DNA of 64,000 nt from Macrostomum lignano. Lineage: Eukaryota. Shown piece after piece: positions 44,497 through 58,000 of the stretch. Under the pieces are notes generated by a model. The model searched no databases. It was not told the origin of the DNA and was given only the letters and a program-made list of their open reading frames with translations. The DNA is taken from positions 63,402 to 127,401 of the forward strand of contig NIVC01002943.1 of NCBI GenBank assembly GCA_002269645.1, read 5' to 3'. Numbering within the stretch: the stretch's first letter is position 1; each line of letters starts with the position of its first letter. The position numbers and the translations under genes are program-made.

Positions 44497-45061
44497 ATGG
44501 GTCAGGAATGACTATTTCAGTTTTCAATCGGCTTATTTTAAGTGGCCTAATTTGTTAAAAATATGCATCCTATTTCAGCCAAAATCGCAAGCCGCACCTG
44601 GTGTTTGATTGACGCTATTCTCCTACAGCCAACTAAATGCCATTGATTATAAAAACCATAACAGTTTACAACTCATTGCTTTCAACAAACATGACTTCTT
44701 AATAATGAATGACTTTTCAAGGTATTAAATTGAAAGTAAAACATTTTGTATAAAAAATTAATTAAGTAAACTTTTCTTATAATTAAAAAGTACTAAGCAA
44801 AATATGCGCATAGGTAATGATTGAAACATAGCCGAAAATATATAGCTATTTCGAGCGAGACAGTAAAGAGCACAAATACTTGCATGCCAGGGAATGAAAA
44901 TGTATGTGCAACCCGCTGCAAAACAAAATATGGAGCTTATTAAGCACGGATAAAGTAATTGCTGAGCCGTAACAACTACAAATAACAGAAGTTAGGGGTC
45001 ATTTGAATACGCTACAGTTATCGAGTTATGTACATAAGGACAGATGTACATGTAGTTACTT

Positions 45062-46350
45062 TTGGGGTCATTTCAAGACAGAACAGGTTTGGGGTCATCT
45101 GAGGCTGCAACGGACTTGGGGTCATCTGAGGACATAACGGACTTGGGGTCATTTGAGGACATAACGGACTTGGGGTCATTTGAGGACATAACGGACTTGG
45201 GGTCATTTGAGGACATAATGGACTTGGGGTCATTTGAGGACATAACGGACTTGGGGTCATTTGAGGACATAACGGACTTGGGGTCATTTGAGGACATAAT
45301 GGACTTGGGGTCATTTGAGGACATAACGGACTTGGGGTCATTTGAGGACATAACGGACTTGGGGTCATTTGAGGACATAATGGACTTGGGGTCATTTGAG
45401 GACATAATGGACTTGGGGTCATTTGAGGACATAATGGACTTGGGGTCATTTGAGGACATAATGGACTTGGGGTCATTTGAGGACATAACGGACTTGGGGT
45501 CATTTGAGGACATAACGGACTTGGGGTCATTTGAGGACATAACGGACTTGGGGTCATCTGAGGACATAACGGACTTGGGGTCATTTGAGGACATAACGGA
45601 CTTGGGGTCATTTGAGGACATAATGGACTTGGGATCATTTGAGGACATAACGGACTTGGGGTCATTTGAGGACATAACGGACTTGGGGTCATTTGAGGAC
45701 ATAATGGACTTGGGGTCATTTGAGGACATAATGGACTTGGGGTCATTTGAGGACATAATGGACTTGGGGTCATTTGAGGACATAATGGACTTGGGGTCAT
45801 TTGAGGACATAATGGACTTGGAGTCATTTGAGGACATAACGGACTTGGGGTCATTTGAGGACATAACGGACTTGGGGTCATTTGAGGACATAATGGACTT
45901 GGGGTCATTTGAGGACATAATGGACTTGGGGTCATTTGAGGAAATAATGGACTTGGGGTCATTTGAGGACATAATGGACTTGGGGTCATTTGAGGACATA
46001 ATGGACTTGGGGTCATTTGAGGACATAACGGACTTGGGTTCATTTGAGGACATAATGGACTTGGGGTCATTTGAGGACATAATGGACTTGGGGTCATTTG
46101 AGGACATAACGGACTTGGGGTCATCTGAGGACATAACGGACTTGGGGTCATTTGAGGACATAACGGACTTGGGGTCATCTGAGGACATAACGGACTTGGG
46201 GTCATTTGAGGACATAACGGACTTGGGGTCATTTGAGGACATAACGGACTTGGGGTCATTTGAGGACATAACGGACTTGGGGTCATTTGAGGACATACAT
46301 GTAAAGGACTTAGGGTCATTTGAGGACATAATGGACTTGGGGTCATCTGG
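45062..46350. repeat. 27-bp minisatellite (ggggtcatttgaggacataacggactt)
   Basis: Direct reading. Confidence 0.96.
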
Positions 46351-46989
46351 GATCATTTGAATGCAATGCCAAGCCAAACTGAATCTCAAGCGTACAAAAA
46401 CTGATGGAAAGTCAGCCCGCACATTCCAGAGCATAGCTACTCTAAAAAACTTACAAAAAATCCTGACAAGGCAGATAAAAACGGAGCACACGGACAAGAA
46501 GACCCAGTTCAAAGTCGTATTGCACGGAGACACAACCTTTGTTCCCGGCCGTACCTGGCACTGTCAATCAAAAATTAAAAAACGACGCTCCGCACGCGCA
46601 CTTAAAATTGTCGAAGGCGGTGACACAACAGAAGGCACGAAAATATGACAGCACTGCGCCTTGGCAGACAAATAATGAGGCAAATTTGACAAATGGCCAC
46701 AAAAGAAGAATAATACAAGACATAAGTACTCTGCTCTGGGTAATTTTATTGAGCATACCAGTTGGTCAATGCAATAGTGGAGGACTTCAGGCACATGGTA
46801 CGCACACGACAGGGGTAAGCTCTTTGCTTGATTAAATGTCGTTTTCATTTATCTATAAAGCATAGGATACTGCTCCTAAGAAAGCGTGGACTATCTTAGA
46901 GAAGATTGCCTGCCGATAGCGGAAAGTGTCGACAAATCTTCGGCAGAATGTACGGCCGTCTAGGGAAACTATTTTTTGAAATTGTCTTT

Positions 46990-47460
46990 GACCGAATGTG
47001 TAGGTTGTCCACGGCGGAATGTGTAGGTGTTGCCTATGCTCAAATGTGTGGGTTGTCCATGGCAGAATGTGTAGGCTGTCTATGGTAATATGTGTAGTTT
47101 GTCTATGGCAGAATGTGTAGTTTGTCTATGGCAGAATGTGTAGGTTGTCCACGGCGGAATGTGTAGGTGTTGCCTATGCTCAAATGTGTGGGTTGTCCAT
47201 GGCAGAATGTGTAGGCTGTCTATGGTAATATGTGTAGTTTGTCTATGGCAGAATGTGTAGTTTGTCTATGGCAGAATGTGTAGGTTGTCTATGGCAGAAT
47301 GTGTAGTTTTTCTATGGCAGAATGTGTAGGTTGTCTATTGTAAAATATGTGGTTTGTCTATAACAAAATGTCTCGTCTATGGTAAAATGTGTGGGTTCTC
47401 TACAATAAAATGTGCGAGTTGTCTATGGTAAATACGTGGGTTATCTATGGCAGAATGGAG
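46990..47460. repeat. ~23-bp minisatellite (ctatggcagaatgtgtaggttgt)
   Basis: Direct reading; includes a ~140-bp block duplication. Confidence 0.85.
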
Positions 47461-47617
47461 TTTATGCATAGCCGATTTGGGATTTTTTGGCCGATTTTTT
47501 CGTTACCGAAGACATTTGCAGCTCGCACAATTAAAGAAACGCTAATTGAAGTGAAGGACAGAAACCAAGGATTACCAAGAAGACCAACTAAAGCCTGAAG
47601 TCCAACTGAGATGTCAA

Positions 47618-50600
47618 TCAAATCTTTGAGTGCCGCAGTTGGAACCCGTTGTTGTTGCTATGCAAAATTCTGTCGCCATCATCCAGCCTGAGATTCGCCG
47701 CCGCGTCGTCCTCGCCTTCGTCTCGCCGAAGATTCGCCAGTCTCTGAAGATTTTCGCCGGACTTTGCCCGACGAATACGACGGGCCGCTTGGCCGAAAAC
47801 TTGGCCGAGGAAGCCCAGGCCGATGCCGAACATGGTGACGGCTCCAAGCCGGCCGAGAAAGTCTGTGGCCGGGTTGGCCAGGTAGGACACGGTGAGGCAG
47901 CCGCCCACGCACAGCCGCATCAGGCAGAATGACACCAGGAAGGTCAGCTCTACGACTAGCAGCAGCTGGGACCTGCGAATGAGCAGTTCATGACCACAGC
48001 TAATCAGAATGAGCAGTCAATGACCACAGCTAATCAGAATAAGCAGTCAATGACCACAGCTAATCAGAATGAGCAGTCAATGACCACAGCTAATCAGAAT
48101 AGCAGTCAATGACCACAGCTAATCAGAATGAGCAGTTCATGACCACAGCTAATCAGAATGAGCAGTTCATGACCACAGCTAATCAGAATGAGCAGTTCAT
48201 GACCACAGCTAATCAGAATGAGCAGTTCATGACCACAGCTAATCAGAATGAGCAGTTCATGACCACAGCTAATCAGAATGAGCAGTTCATGACCACAGCT
48301 AATCAGAATGAGCAGTTCATGACCACAGCTAATCAGAATGAGCAGTTCATGACCACAGCTAATCAGAATGAGCAGTTCATGACCACAGCTAATCAGAATG
48401 AGCAGTTCATGACCACAGCTAATCAGAATGAGCAGTTCATGACCACAGCTAATCAGAATGAGCAGTCCATGACCACAGCTAATCAGAATGAGCAGTTCAT
48501 GACCACAGCTAATCAGAATGAGCAGTTCATGACCACAGCTAATCAGAATGAGCAGTTCATGACCACAGCTAATCAGAATGAGCAGTTCATGACCACAGCT
48601 AATCAGAATGAGCAGTTCATGACCACAGCTAATCAGAATGAGCAGTTCATGACCACAGCTAATCAGAATGAGCAGTTCATGACCACAGCTAATCAGAATG
48701 AGCAGTTCATGACCACAGCTAATCAGAATGAGCAGTTCATGACCACAGCTAATCAGAATGAGCAGTTCATGACCACAGCTAATCAGAATGAGCAGTTCAT
48801 GACCACAGCTAATCAGAATGAGCAGTCCATGACCACAGCTAATCAGAATGAGCAGTCCATGACCACAGCTAATCAGAATGAGCAGTTCATGACCACAGCT
48901 AATCAGAATGAGCAGTTCATGACCACAGCTAATCAGAATGAGCAGTTCATGACCACAGCTAATCAGAATGAGCAGTTCATGACCACAGCTAATCAGAATG
49001 AGCAGTTCATGACCACAGCTAATCAGAATGAGCAGTTCATGACCACAGCTAATCAGAATGAGCAGTTCATGACCACAGCTAATCAGAATGAGCAGTTCAT
49101 GACCACAGCTAATCAGAATGAGCAGTTCATGACCACAGCTAATCAGAATGAGCAGTTCATGACCACAGCTAATCAGAATGAGCAGTTCATGACCACAGCT
49201 AATCAGAATGAGCAGTTCATGACCACAGCTAATCAGAATGAGCAGCCCATGACCACAGATAACCAGAATGAGCAGTCCATGACCACAGATAACCAGAATG
49301 AGCAGTCCATGACCACAGATAACCAGAATGAACAGTCCATGACCACGGCTAACCAGAATGAGCAGTCCATGAAAAGATAACCAGAATGAGCAGTCCATGA
49401 CAAGATAACCAGAATGAGCAGTCCATGACCACAGATAACCAGAATGAGCAGTCCATGACCACAGATAACCAGAATGAGCAGTCCATGACCACAGATAACC
49501 AGAATGAGCAGTTCATGACCACAGATAACCAGAATGAACAGTCCATGACCACGGCTAACCAGAATGAGCAGTCCATGAAAAGATAACCAGAATGAGCAGT
49601 CCATGACCACAGTTATTCAGAATGAGCAGTAAAATGACCAACAGCAGCTCAAACCAACCTGAGCGGACTGTTCCCGCCGCCGGAATTTCTTAGAAACCAG
49701 CGCAACTGCAGCAGCGGGTTGGTGCACTCGCTACCGCCAATGGTGATGGTGAGCTCCGGTGCCCATCGGCAGCCGAAGAGCGACATGGCCAGGCCGAACA
49801 CGCTGGCGCAGTGGTGCAGCAGCATCAGGGGTCCTTCGGTGCGGTGCAGCAGGCACCAGGCCAGGTCAAAAAGAAAATAGCCCAAGCACACGGTGAACAG
49901 GAGCCGCTCCAGGCAGTTGTAGGGCTGGCCTGGACAGTAGGGGTGAACACAGGTGCGTTATGCGTAGGTGCATTAAAGCGATTCTCACGGGTGGATTAGG
50001 GCCATTCTCACGGGTGGATTAGGGCCATTCTCACGGGTGGATTAGGGCCTCTCACGGGGGGATTAGGGTGATCTCACAGGTGGATTAGTGATGATTCTAA
50101 AAGGTGGATTTGGGTGATTCTCACAGGTGGATTTGGGTGATTCTCACAGGTGGATTAGGGCGATTCTCAGGGTGGATTAGGGCCATTCTCACGGGTGGAT
50201 TAGTGATGATTCTAAAAGGTGAATTTGGGTGATTTTCATGGATGGATTAGGGTGATTTACCCGAATGGATTAGTGATGATTCTAAAAGGTGAATTTGGGT
50301 GATTTTCACGGATGGATTAGGGTGATTTACCCGAATGGATTAGTGATAATTCTAAAAGGTGGATTTGGGTGATTTTCACGGATGGATTAGGGTGATTTAC
50401 CCGAATGGATTAGTGATAATTCTAAAAGGTGGATTTGGGTGATTTTCACGGATGGATTAGGGTGATTTACCCGAATGGATTAGTGATAATTCTAAAAGGT
50501 GGATTAGGGTGATTTACCCGAATGGATTAGTGATAATTCTAAAAGGTGGATTTGGGTGATTTTCACGGATGGATTAGGGTGATTTTCCCGAATGGATTAG

Positions 50601-53519
50601 GGCGATTCTCACAGGTAGATTAGGGGCGGTTCTCACTGGTGGATTAGAGTGATCTCACAGGTGGATTAGTGATGATTATCACAGGTGGATTAGTGATAAT
50701 TCTCACAGGTAGATTAGGGTGATCTCACGGGTGGATTAGGGCGATTCTCACAGGTGGATTAGTCGATGTCCAAGGGTGAATTAGGGCGATTCTCACAGGT
50801 GGATAAGGGTGATTCTCACAAGTGGCTTAGGGTGATTTTCACGGGTGGATTTGGGTGATTTTCACGGATGGATTAGGGTGATTTTTCCGAATAGATTAGG
50901 GCGATTCTCACAGGTGGATTAGGGACGATTCTCACAGGTGGATTAGGGACGATTCTCACAGGTGGATTAGGGGCGGTTCTCACTGGTGGATTAGAGTGAT
51001 TTTCACGGGTGGATTAGGGTGATTTTCCTGGATTGATCAGTGGTGATTCTCACGCGGGGATTAGTGGCGACTCTCACCTGCGGATTAGGGCGCCGCTAAA
51101 AATAAAGCCTATCGAATATAAAATCTGAAGGCATTAATTAAGCCTGTATTTACAGCCAGTAAAATTGATAGAATCGCAAAATTTCTGAGGGAGCAGCTGA
51201 GACGTGCAGTAGATCCATAGACATAATCGAATTGTCGCGGGTGCCAGAAACAAAGGAAAACAAGAAGTTAGAGGAAGATTAGAAAACAACATAAGAGAAA
51301 TCGAATTAGAAACAATGGCTACGCGCACTCGTGTTTGGCCATTATTTCAGCCCCTTACCTACTACGCAACGTCATTGTCTATAAGACACAGCCTGGCCAT
51401 TATTTCAGCGTGCCGGAAGCGGTCATTATTTCAGGGTAAGAGTCTGCGTGCGTGCGACTGCGTAAAGAGGGCGGTGGTTGGCGATGGTTGGACTAAAAAT
51501 AAAAAAGCTGTTGGGCAATAGACTATAAATGAATAAGCTGATGATAGGCTTGAGCTGACGAGAAGTAGAGATAGTCGAGATCGAGGATTAACAGAGCTGT
51601 CTTTTCTTTTTTCGGCTATGGCGCTTATCAATTGGTCGCATCTTCCCGTGGACAGCCTTAACGGAGTAACTAGATATGAGAACTACTATCCGAGCTAAGT
51701 GCAAAGGAGCTTCAGTGGAGGTGAGACAGGAGACGCGGATGAAGCATGGTTAGTACATGTACATTAAGTTGTAAGTAAATTAGCGGCTATACTATTGGTT
51801 ATATAGAAACTGTGAATTTTTTACAATACCCATTAAGCTGCAGGTCGGATGGATTCGGAAAGTGCAGTTCGGTTTTTCGAGAATTGCCACTTCAAGGATT
51901 GCACGTTTCATTTTTAATGAGCAACTTCTGATGAACAGACTACGACTACTATGTTGTTTTTGTGTTAGGCGCGTTTTCTGCTAAATAGTTTTGTGGCTAA
52001 ATAGTTTTGACTATCATTTTCTTCTCACTAATATTACTATTGTTATGATTATCATTACTGTGAACATTATTCCCTTATGCCAGTTAATATATGAATACTT
52101 TAACTAATCGTCTATGGTTCAAACGTCTGTTAAAGCTGAAATAATGGCCAGTTGAGTTTGTCATTACGCCAGGCTGTGTCTTCTGGACAATGTACCCTTC
52201 GTGGAGGTCATGGAGGTCCAAAACAAAGTGGCCCTAAAATTAAAATGATGCTGGCCATCCAAGTTGCCAAAATAATATTAGCTGTATTGAAAGCTGGATG
52301 CTTGACAGCGTTTAAATAATAAGTATTGAATATTTATTAACTATTATTATTTAAATGCATGACGAACGCTTTTGAAAAAATACCATCGGATACCATGCAC
52401 CCCTGGAATTTAAAAACTCATATAGACACCTGGGATAAAATCCCATTGAATCCTGTCGACACCTGGGAAAAATCCCTAAAATCCCCACCGAATTCCATAG
52501 ACACCTGGGATAAAAATCCCCCATTGAGTCCCATAGAAACCTGGGAAAAAATCCCCAGAGTCCTATAGGCACCTGGGATAAAAATCCCCACTGAGTCCCA
52601 CAGACAACTGGGATAAAAATCCCCATTGAATCCAATAGAAACCTGGGATAAAAATCCCCACTGAATCCCATAGACACCTGAGATAAAAATCCCCACTGAA
52701 TCCCATAGACGCCTGAGATAAAAATCCCCACTGAATCCCATAGACACCTGAGATAAAAATCCCCATTGAATCCCATAGACACCTGGGATAAAAATCACCG
52801 CTGAATCCCATAGACACCTGGGATAAAAATCCCCATTGAATCCCATAGACACCTGGGATAAAAATCACCGCTGAATCCCATAGACACCTGGGATAAAAAT
52901 CACCGCTGAATCCTATAGACACCTGGGATAAAAATCCCATTAAATTTCCATAGACACCTGGGATAAAAATCCCATTAAATTTCCATAGACACCTGGGATA
53001 AAAATCCCATTAAATTTCCATAGACACCTGGGATAAAAATCCCATTAAATTTCCATAGACACCTGGGATAAAAATCCCATTAAATTTCCATAGACACCTG
53101 GGATAAAAATCTCATTAAATCCCATAGACACCTGGGATAAAAATCCCATTAAATCCCATAGACACCTGGGATAAAAATCCCATTAAATCCCATAGACACC
53201 TGGGACAAAAATCCACACTGAATACGAGCTAACAACAGACAAATGAGACAAAAATCCCCATTAAATTCCATCGATGCTCACCCTGCATTTCCCAGTAGAC
53301 GGCGTTGCGCCCAAAGCTCGCCAAATCCCAGCCGGCCAGCGCCGTGACCAAGCAGGCGTGCGCCACCGTCACCATGCGGCAGCGCCATTCGCGCGAAAAA
53401 TGGCGCGTGGCGCCAAACACGGCCAGAAATTTGTAGGCGCCGGTCCAGCAGGCGAAAGCGAAGGCCACTTCGGCTGCCAAGCGGCCGGTGCTGGCTGAGC
53501 AGCCAAGGTCAGCGGGCAT
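47618..53519 (-). CDS. TLCD5: TLC (TRAM/LAG1/CLN8) domain membrane protein, TMEM136/TLCD5-like, 3 exons, ~287 aa
   Basis: Exons 53519-53282, 49929-49659, 47972-47618 (864 nt). Motifs: EWRCRMVTVAHA and LGYFLFDLAWCLLHRTEGPLMLLHH..GSECTNPLLQLRWFLR. Confidence 0.85.
47977..49640. repeat. 30-bp minisatellite (atgaccacagctaatcagaatgagcagttc) filling TLCD5 intron 2
   Basis: Direct reading. Confidence 0.97.
49978..51085. repeat. ~23-bp minisatellite (gggtgattctcacaggtggatta), TLCD5 intron 1
   Basis: Direct reading. Confidence 0.9.
52400..53215. repeat. 34-35-bp minisatellite (atagacacctgggataaaaatccccattgaatccc), TLCD5 intron 1
   Basis: Direct reading. Confidence 0.95.
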
Positions 53520-53644
53520 GCTGGGATTTCAATACTTGGCTTCACTTGGGCTGCAATAAACTGCGGTTTCTACTGCCAGTAGCAGATCTGGGAAATTCTC
53601 TGCCGATCTGAAATAAAAAGCAGTGTTTAAAATGAAGCTGGAAC

Positions 53645-54600
53645 TTTAGGGGTGATTTTGGGGTGGCTTACGGATGCTTATGGGGTGGCTTCGGGATGAT
53701 TTTGTGAGTGGCTTAGGGATGATTTTGGGGTGGCTTGGGATGATTATGGAGTGGTTTAGGGATGATTTTGTAAGTGGGTTAGGGATGACTTTGTGGGGCT
53801 TTGGGATGATTTTGTGAGTGGGTTAGGGATGATTGTGGAGTGGCTTAGGGGTGATTATGGAGTGGCTTAGGGATGATTTTGTGAGTGGGTTAGGGATGAT
53901 TGTGGAGTGGCTTAGGGATGATTATGGAGTGGCTTAGGGATGATTTTTTGGGGGCTTGGGGATGATTTTGTGAGTGGCTTAGGGATGATTTTGTGAGTGG
54001 GTTAGGGATGATTTTGTGGGGGCTTAGGGATGATTTTGTGGGGCTTAGGGATGATTTTGTGAGTGGGTTAGGGATGATTTTGTGAGTGGGTTAGGGATGA
54101 TTTTGGGGTGGCTTAGGGATGATTATGGAGTGGCTTAGGGATGATTTTGGGGTGGCTTAGGGATGATTATGGAGTGGCTTAGGGATGATTTTGGGGTGGC
54201 TTAGGGATGATTATGGAGTGGCTTAGGGATGATTTTGGGGTGGCTTAGAGATGATTTTGTGGGGGCTTAGGGATGATTTTGTGAGTGGCTTAGAGATGAT
54301 TTTGTGGGGGCTTAGGGATGATTTTGTGGGGGCTTAGGGATGATTTTGTGAGTGCCTTAGGGATGATTTTCTGGGGGCTTAGGGATGATTTTGGGGTGGC
54401 TTAGGGATGATTTTGGGGTGGCTTAGCGATGACTTTGGGTGTCTTAGGAATGATTTTGCGAGTGGCTTCGGGATGATTTTGTGAGTGGCTTAGGGATGAT
54501 TATGGGGTGGCTTGGGGATGATTTTGGGGTGGCTTAGGGATGATTTTGGAGTGGCTTATGGATAATTTTAGGGTGACTTAGGAATGATTTTGATGCCTAG
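53645..54600. repeat. 22-23-bp G-rich minisatellite (ggcttagggatgattttgtgagt) between SCYL3 and TLCD5
   Basis: Direct reading. Confidence 0.93.
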
Positions 54601-55086
54601 TATGGAGAACTCGAGGTAAAATAAGAAACTAGGAAAAGTCTCTAGCAAATAACAGGACACCCAAACTGAATAAAATGCGCCGTGACTACTAACAGTAAAA
54701 TATAATAACCGAATATATTTAGCAACGAGACTTGCACTAAAATTCAAATCTTGACTTATTTCGCATGCAGTGGCAATGTAGCGAGCAAACGCTTCAGTGC
54801 AATTACTATAAACCATGCAATAGAATTGAAGCAAAGGTTATTAAATATCATCCTGGAAGCAAATCATAAGTTATCTTATCACCAATTAAGACAGAGAAGG
54901 ATAACGGCAGTAAAACAAAGAAGCTACCAAGAAAACGCCAATAGCAGAAATTTCAATAGCCAGAACAAATTCCGAAATAGCAACTGTGGAACTTTTTTGA
55001 GTTCTGGAGCAATTCTCTGTCTCGGAAAGTTTTTGGCCCCAGCTGGAGATTGGCGATTAGAAAGAGATCCGGCTGACTGATGGCAA

Positions 55087-58000
55087 TTAAGCATCTCCGG
55101 CTGATGCTGGTCTCTCAGTTGCCGCAGGCTGCTGGTCCTCGCCGGCCCCTCCGTTGCACCGGCCGGGAGCCGCGGCGCTCGCGTCCTCATCGCCATCGAC
55201 CTCCTCGTCGAGTCCCCAGGCGTCGCCGTCGTCGCTCCAGCCGTCCGCAGCGTCCGCTTCGCCGCCTTCGCCCTCCGCCATCGCCAAGGCCAGCGCGGCA
55301 GACGGCGTCGTCTGCTGCTGCTGCTGCTCTTTGGTTGCCATGGAAACCGACGCCGAAGATGACGCACCGCGGATGCTGGGCTCCAGTTCGGCCAGAAATT
55401 CGTCGATCTGCCGGCCGGCGGCGGTCACCACCGGCTTGATGGTCAGCGCCTCGGCCGTTAGGCCGCCCGTTTGTGATGACGAAGGCGGAGGCTGCTTGGA
55501 CGGTGCGGGCGCCGGCTGGCTGTCCGACGCAGCAATTTCGACGTCCCCAGCGTTGCCGGCATCGCTACCGCCGCCCCCCGCCATCCCGTCGCTCTCCCAT
55601 TCGTTGCCCCAGTCTGCATCGTCGTCATCCGGGTCGGAGAGCGCCGCCACTGGCGGCGGCTCCTCAGCAACGGTTGCCAGGCGGGAGTTGTCGTCCTGGG
55701 CAGCCGATTTTCTGGGAGGATTGCGGCGGTGAAACCATGAAACCCTGCACCCAAACCCATACCCAATCCGGAAACCCACACCCAAACCCATACCCAATCC
55801 GGAATCCCACACCCAAACCCATACCCAATCCGGAATCCCACACCCAAACCCATACCCAATCCGGAATCCCACACCCAAACCCATACCCAATCCGGAATCC
55901 CACACCCAAACCCATACCCAATCCGGAATCCCACACCCAAACCCATACCCAATCCGGAATCCCACACCCAAACCCATACCCAATCCGGAATCCCACACCC
56001 AAATCCATACCCAACCCCACACTCAACACCACACTCAACCCCACACCCAACCCCACACCCAACCCCACACCTAATCCCACACCAAGCCCCTCGCTCTCCG
56101 GCGGCTCACAGTCGGTGCCGGTCAGCCAGAATCCTGGCCGACTCGGCCTCCACCATCGCCGCCTGCCGACGGGCCTCGGACGCCGCGGCCTCCTCCGGCC
56201 CCCTGTAGCGGTCGCTGAGAGCGGCGAGGTCTCTCAGCGGCAGCGGGGCGGAGCCGGCGCCGCAGCTGCTGCTGCTGTTGAAGCCGCTGTCGCCAACGCC
56301 CCCCGCCGTCCCCAGCTGATCGGCCGGGTCGCCAGGCGCGGCGCCGAGGAGTCGCCGACGCGGCTGGGCATCGGTGAACAGCGACTGCCTGGCGGCGTCG
56401 GCCTTGTCGCCGAACAAAGCGGCGTAGCCGGCCAGCGGCAGGAGGGCGGCGACGGCCAGGTGGGTCCGCGCCACCAGCCGGTCGTGTCGGTCGCGAAGGC
56501 CCAGCAGCAGCTCGGGAATCAGCGAGCGCTGCGCGCTGCGGGATGGACGGACGAGTTGCTTTTTCATCCGAATTTTGTCACTGTTCCTCTGGCTAAATCC
56601 TCATTCTTGTAGAGGAATCGCCATTTCCATACCTAAATCTTTATTCCCGATTCAAAAATCCTTCCTAAATCCTAAATCGATTTCCCATTCCTAAAACCTC
56701 ATTTTCCATTCCTAAAACCTCATTTCCCATTCCTAAATTCTCATTTCCCATTCCTAAATCCTCATTTCCCATTCCTAAATTCTCATTTCCCATTCCTAAA
56801 TTCTCATTTCCCATTCCAAAATCCTCATTTCCCATTCCTAAATTCTCATTTCCCATTCCAAAATCCTCATTTCCCATTCCTAAATCCTCATTTCCCATTC
56901 CTAAAACCTCATTTCCCATTCCTAAAACCTCATTTCCCATTCCTAAATTCTCATTTCCCATTCCTAAATTCTCATTTCCCATTCCTAAATCCTCATTTCC
57001 CATTCCTAAATCCTCATTTCCAATTCCTAAATCCTCATTTCCCATTCCTAAATCCTCATTTCCAATTCCTAAATCCTCATTTCCCATTCCTAAATTCTCA
57101 TTTCCCATTCCTAAATTCTCATTTCCCATTCCTAAATTCTCATTTCCCATTCCTAAATCCTCATTTCCCATTCCTAAATCCTCATTTCCAATTCCTAAAT
57201 CCTCATTTCCCATTCCTAAATCCTCATTTCCCATTCCTAAATCCTCATTTCCAATTCCTAAATCCTCATTTCCCATTCCTAAATCCTCATTTCCCATTCC
57301 TAAATCCTTATTTCCCATTCCTAAATCATCATTTCTCATTCCTAAATCATCATTTCCCATTCCTAAATCCTCATTTCCCATTCCTAAATCCTCATTTCCC
57401 ATTCCTAAATCCTCATTTCCCATTCCTAAATCCTTAGTTCCCATTCCTAAATCATCATTTCTCATTCCTAAATCATCATTTCCCATTCCTAAATCATCAT
57501 TTCCCATTCCTAAATCCTCATTTCCCATTCCTAAATCCTCATTTCCCATTCCTAAATCCTCATTTCCCATTCCTAAATCCTCATTCCCATTCCTAAATCC
57601 TCATTTCTCCAGAGCGGCTCACCCGGCCCAGTCCAGCAGGTGGCAGTAGGCCGGGAAATGCTCCAGCAGTGCGCAGCGCACCGGCAGATCCCGGATGCGC
57701 AGCACCATGGCCAGGTACGGCACGAGTTCGCGCTGAAAATTGGCCTCGCTTAGTAGGCAGTCGCCGTCTGGGGGCCTGGCGGCGCCCCGGTAGGGACGCA
57801 ACAGGTATGGCAACAGGTAGGTGGCTGCCATGGGGTGCGTGAGCGGCAGGCGGCCAAGAAGCAGCCGGCCGAGGCGCCTGTGGGCGGTTCGGTTGAGGAA
57901 ATTAGTGGAGGGGCGGATTTAGGACTCCCAAGGACGGATGTAGGCGCCTTAAGGGTGGATTAAGGATCCTCAAGGGCGGATTAAGGATCCTCAAGGGCGG

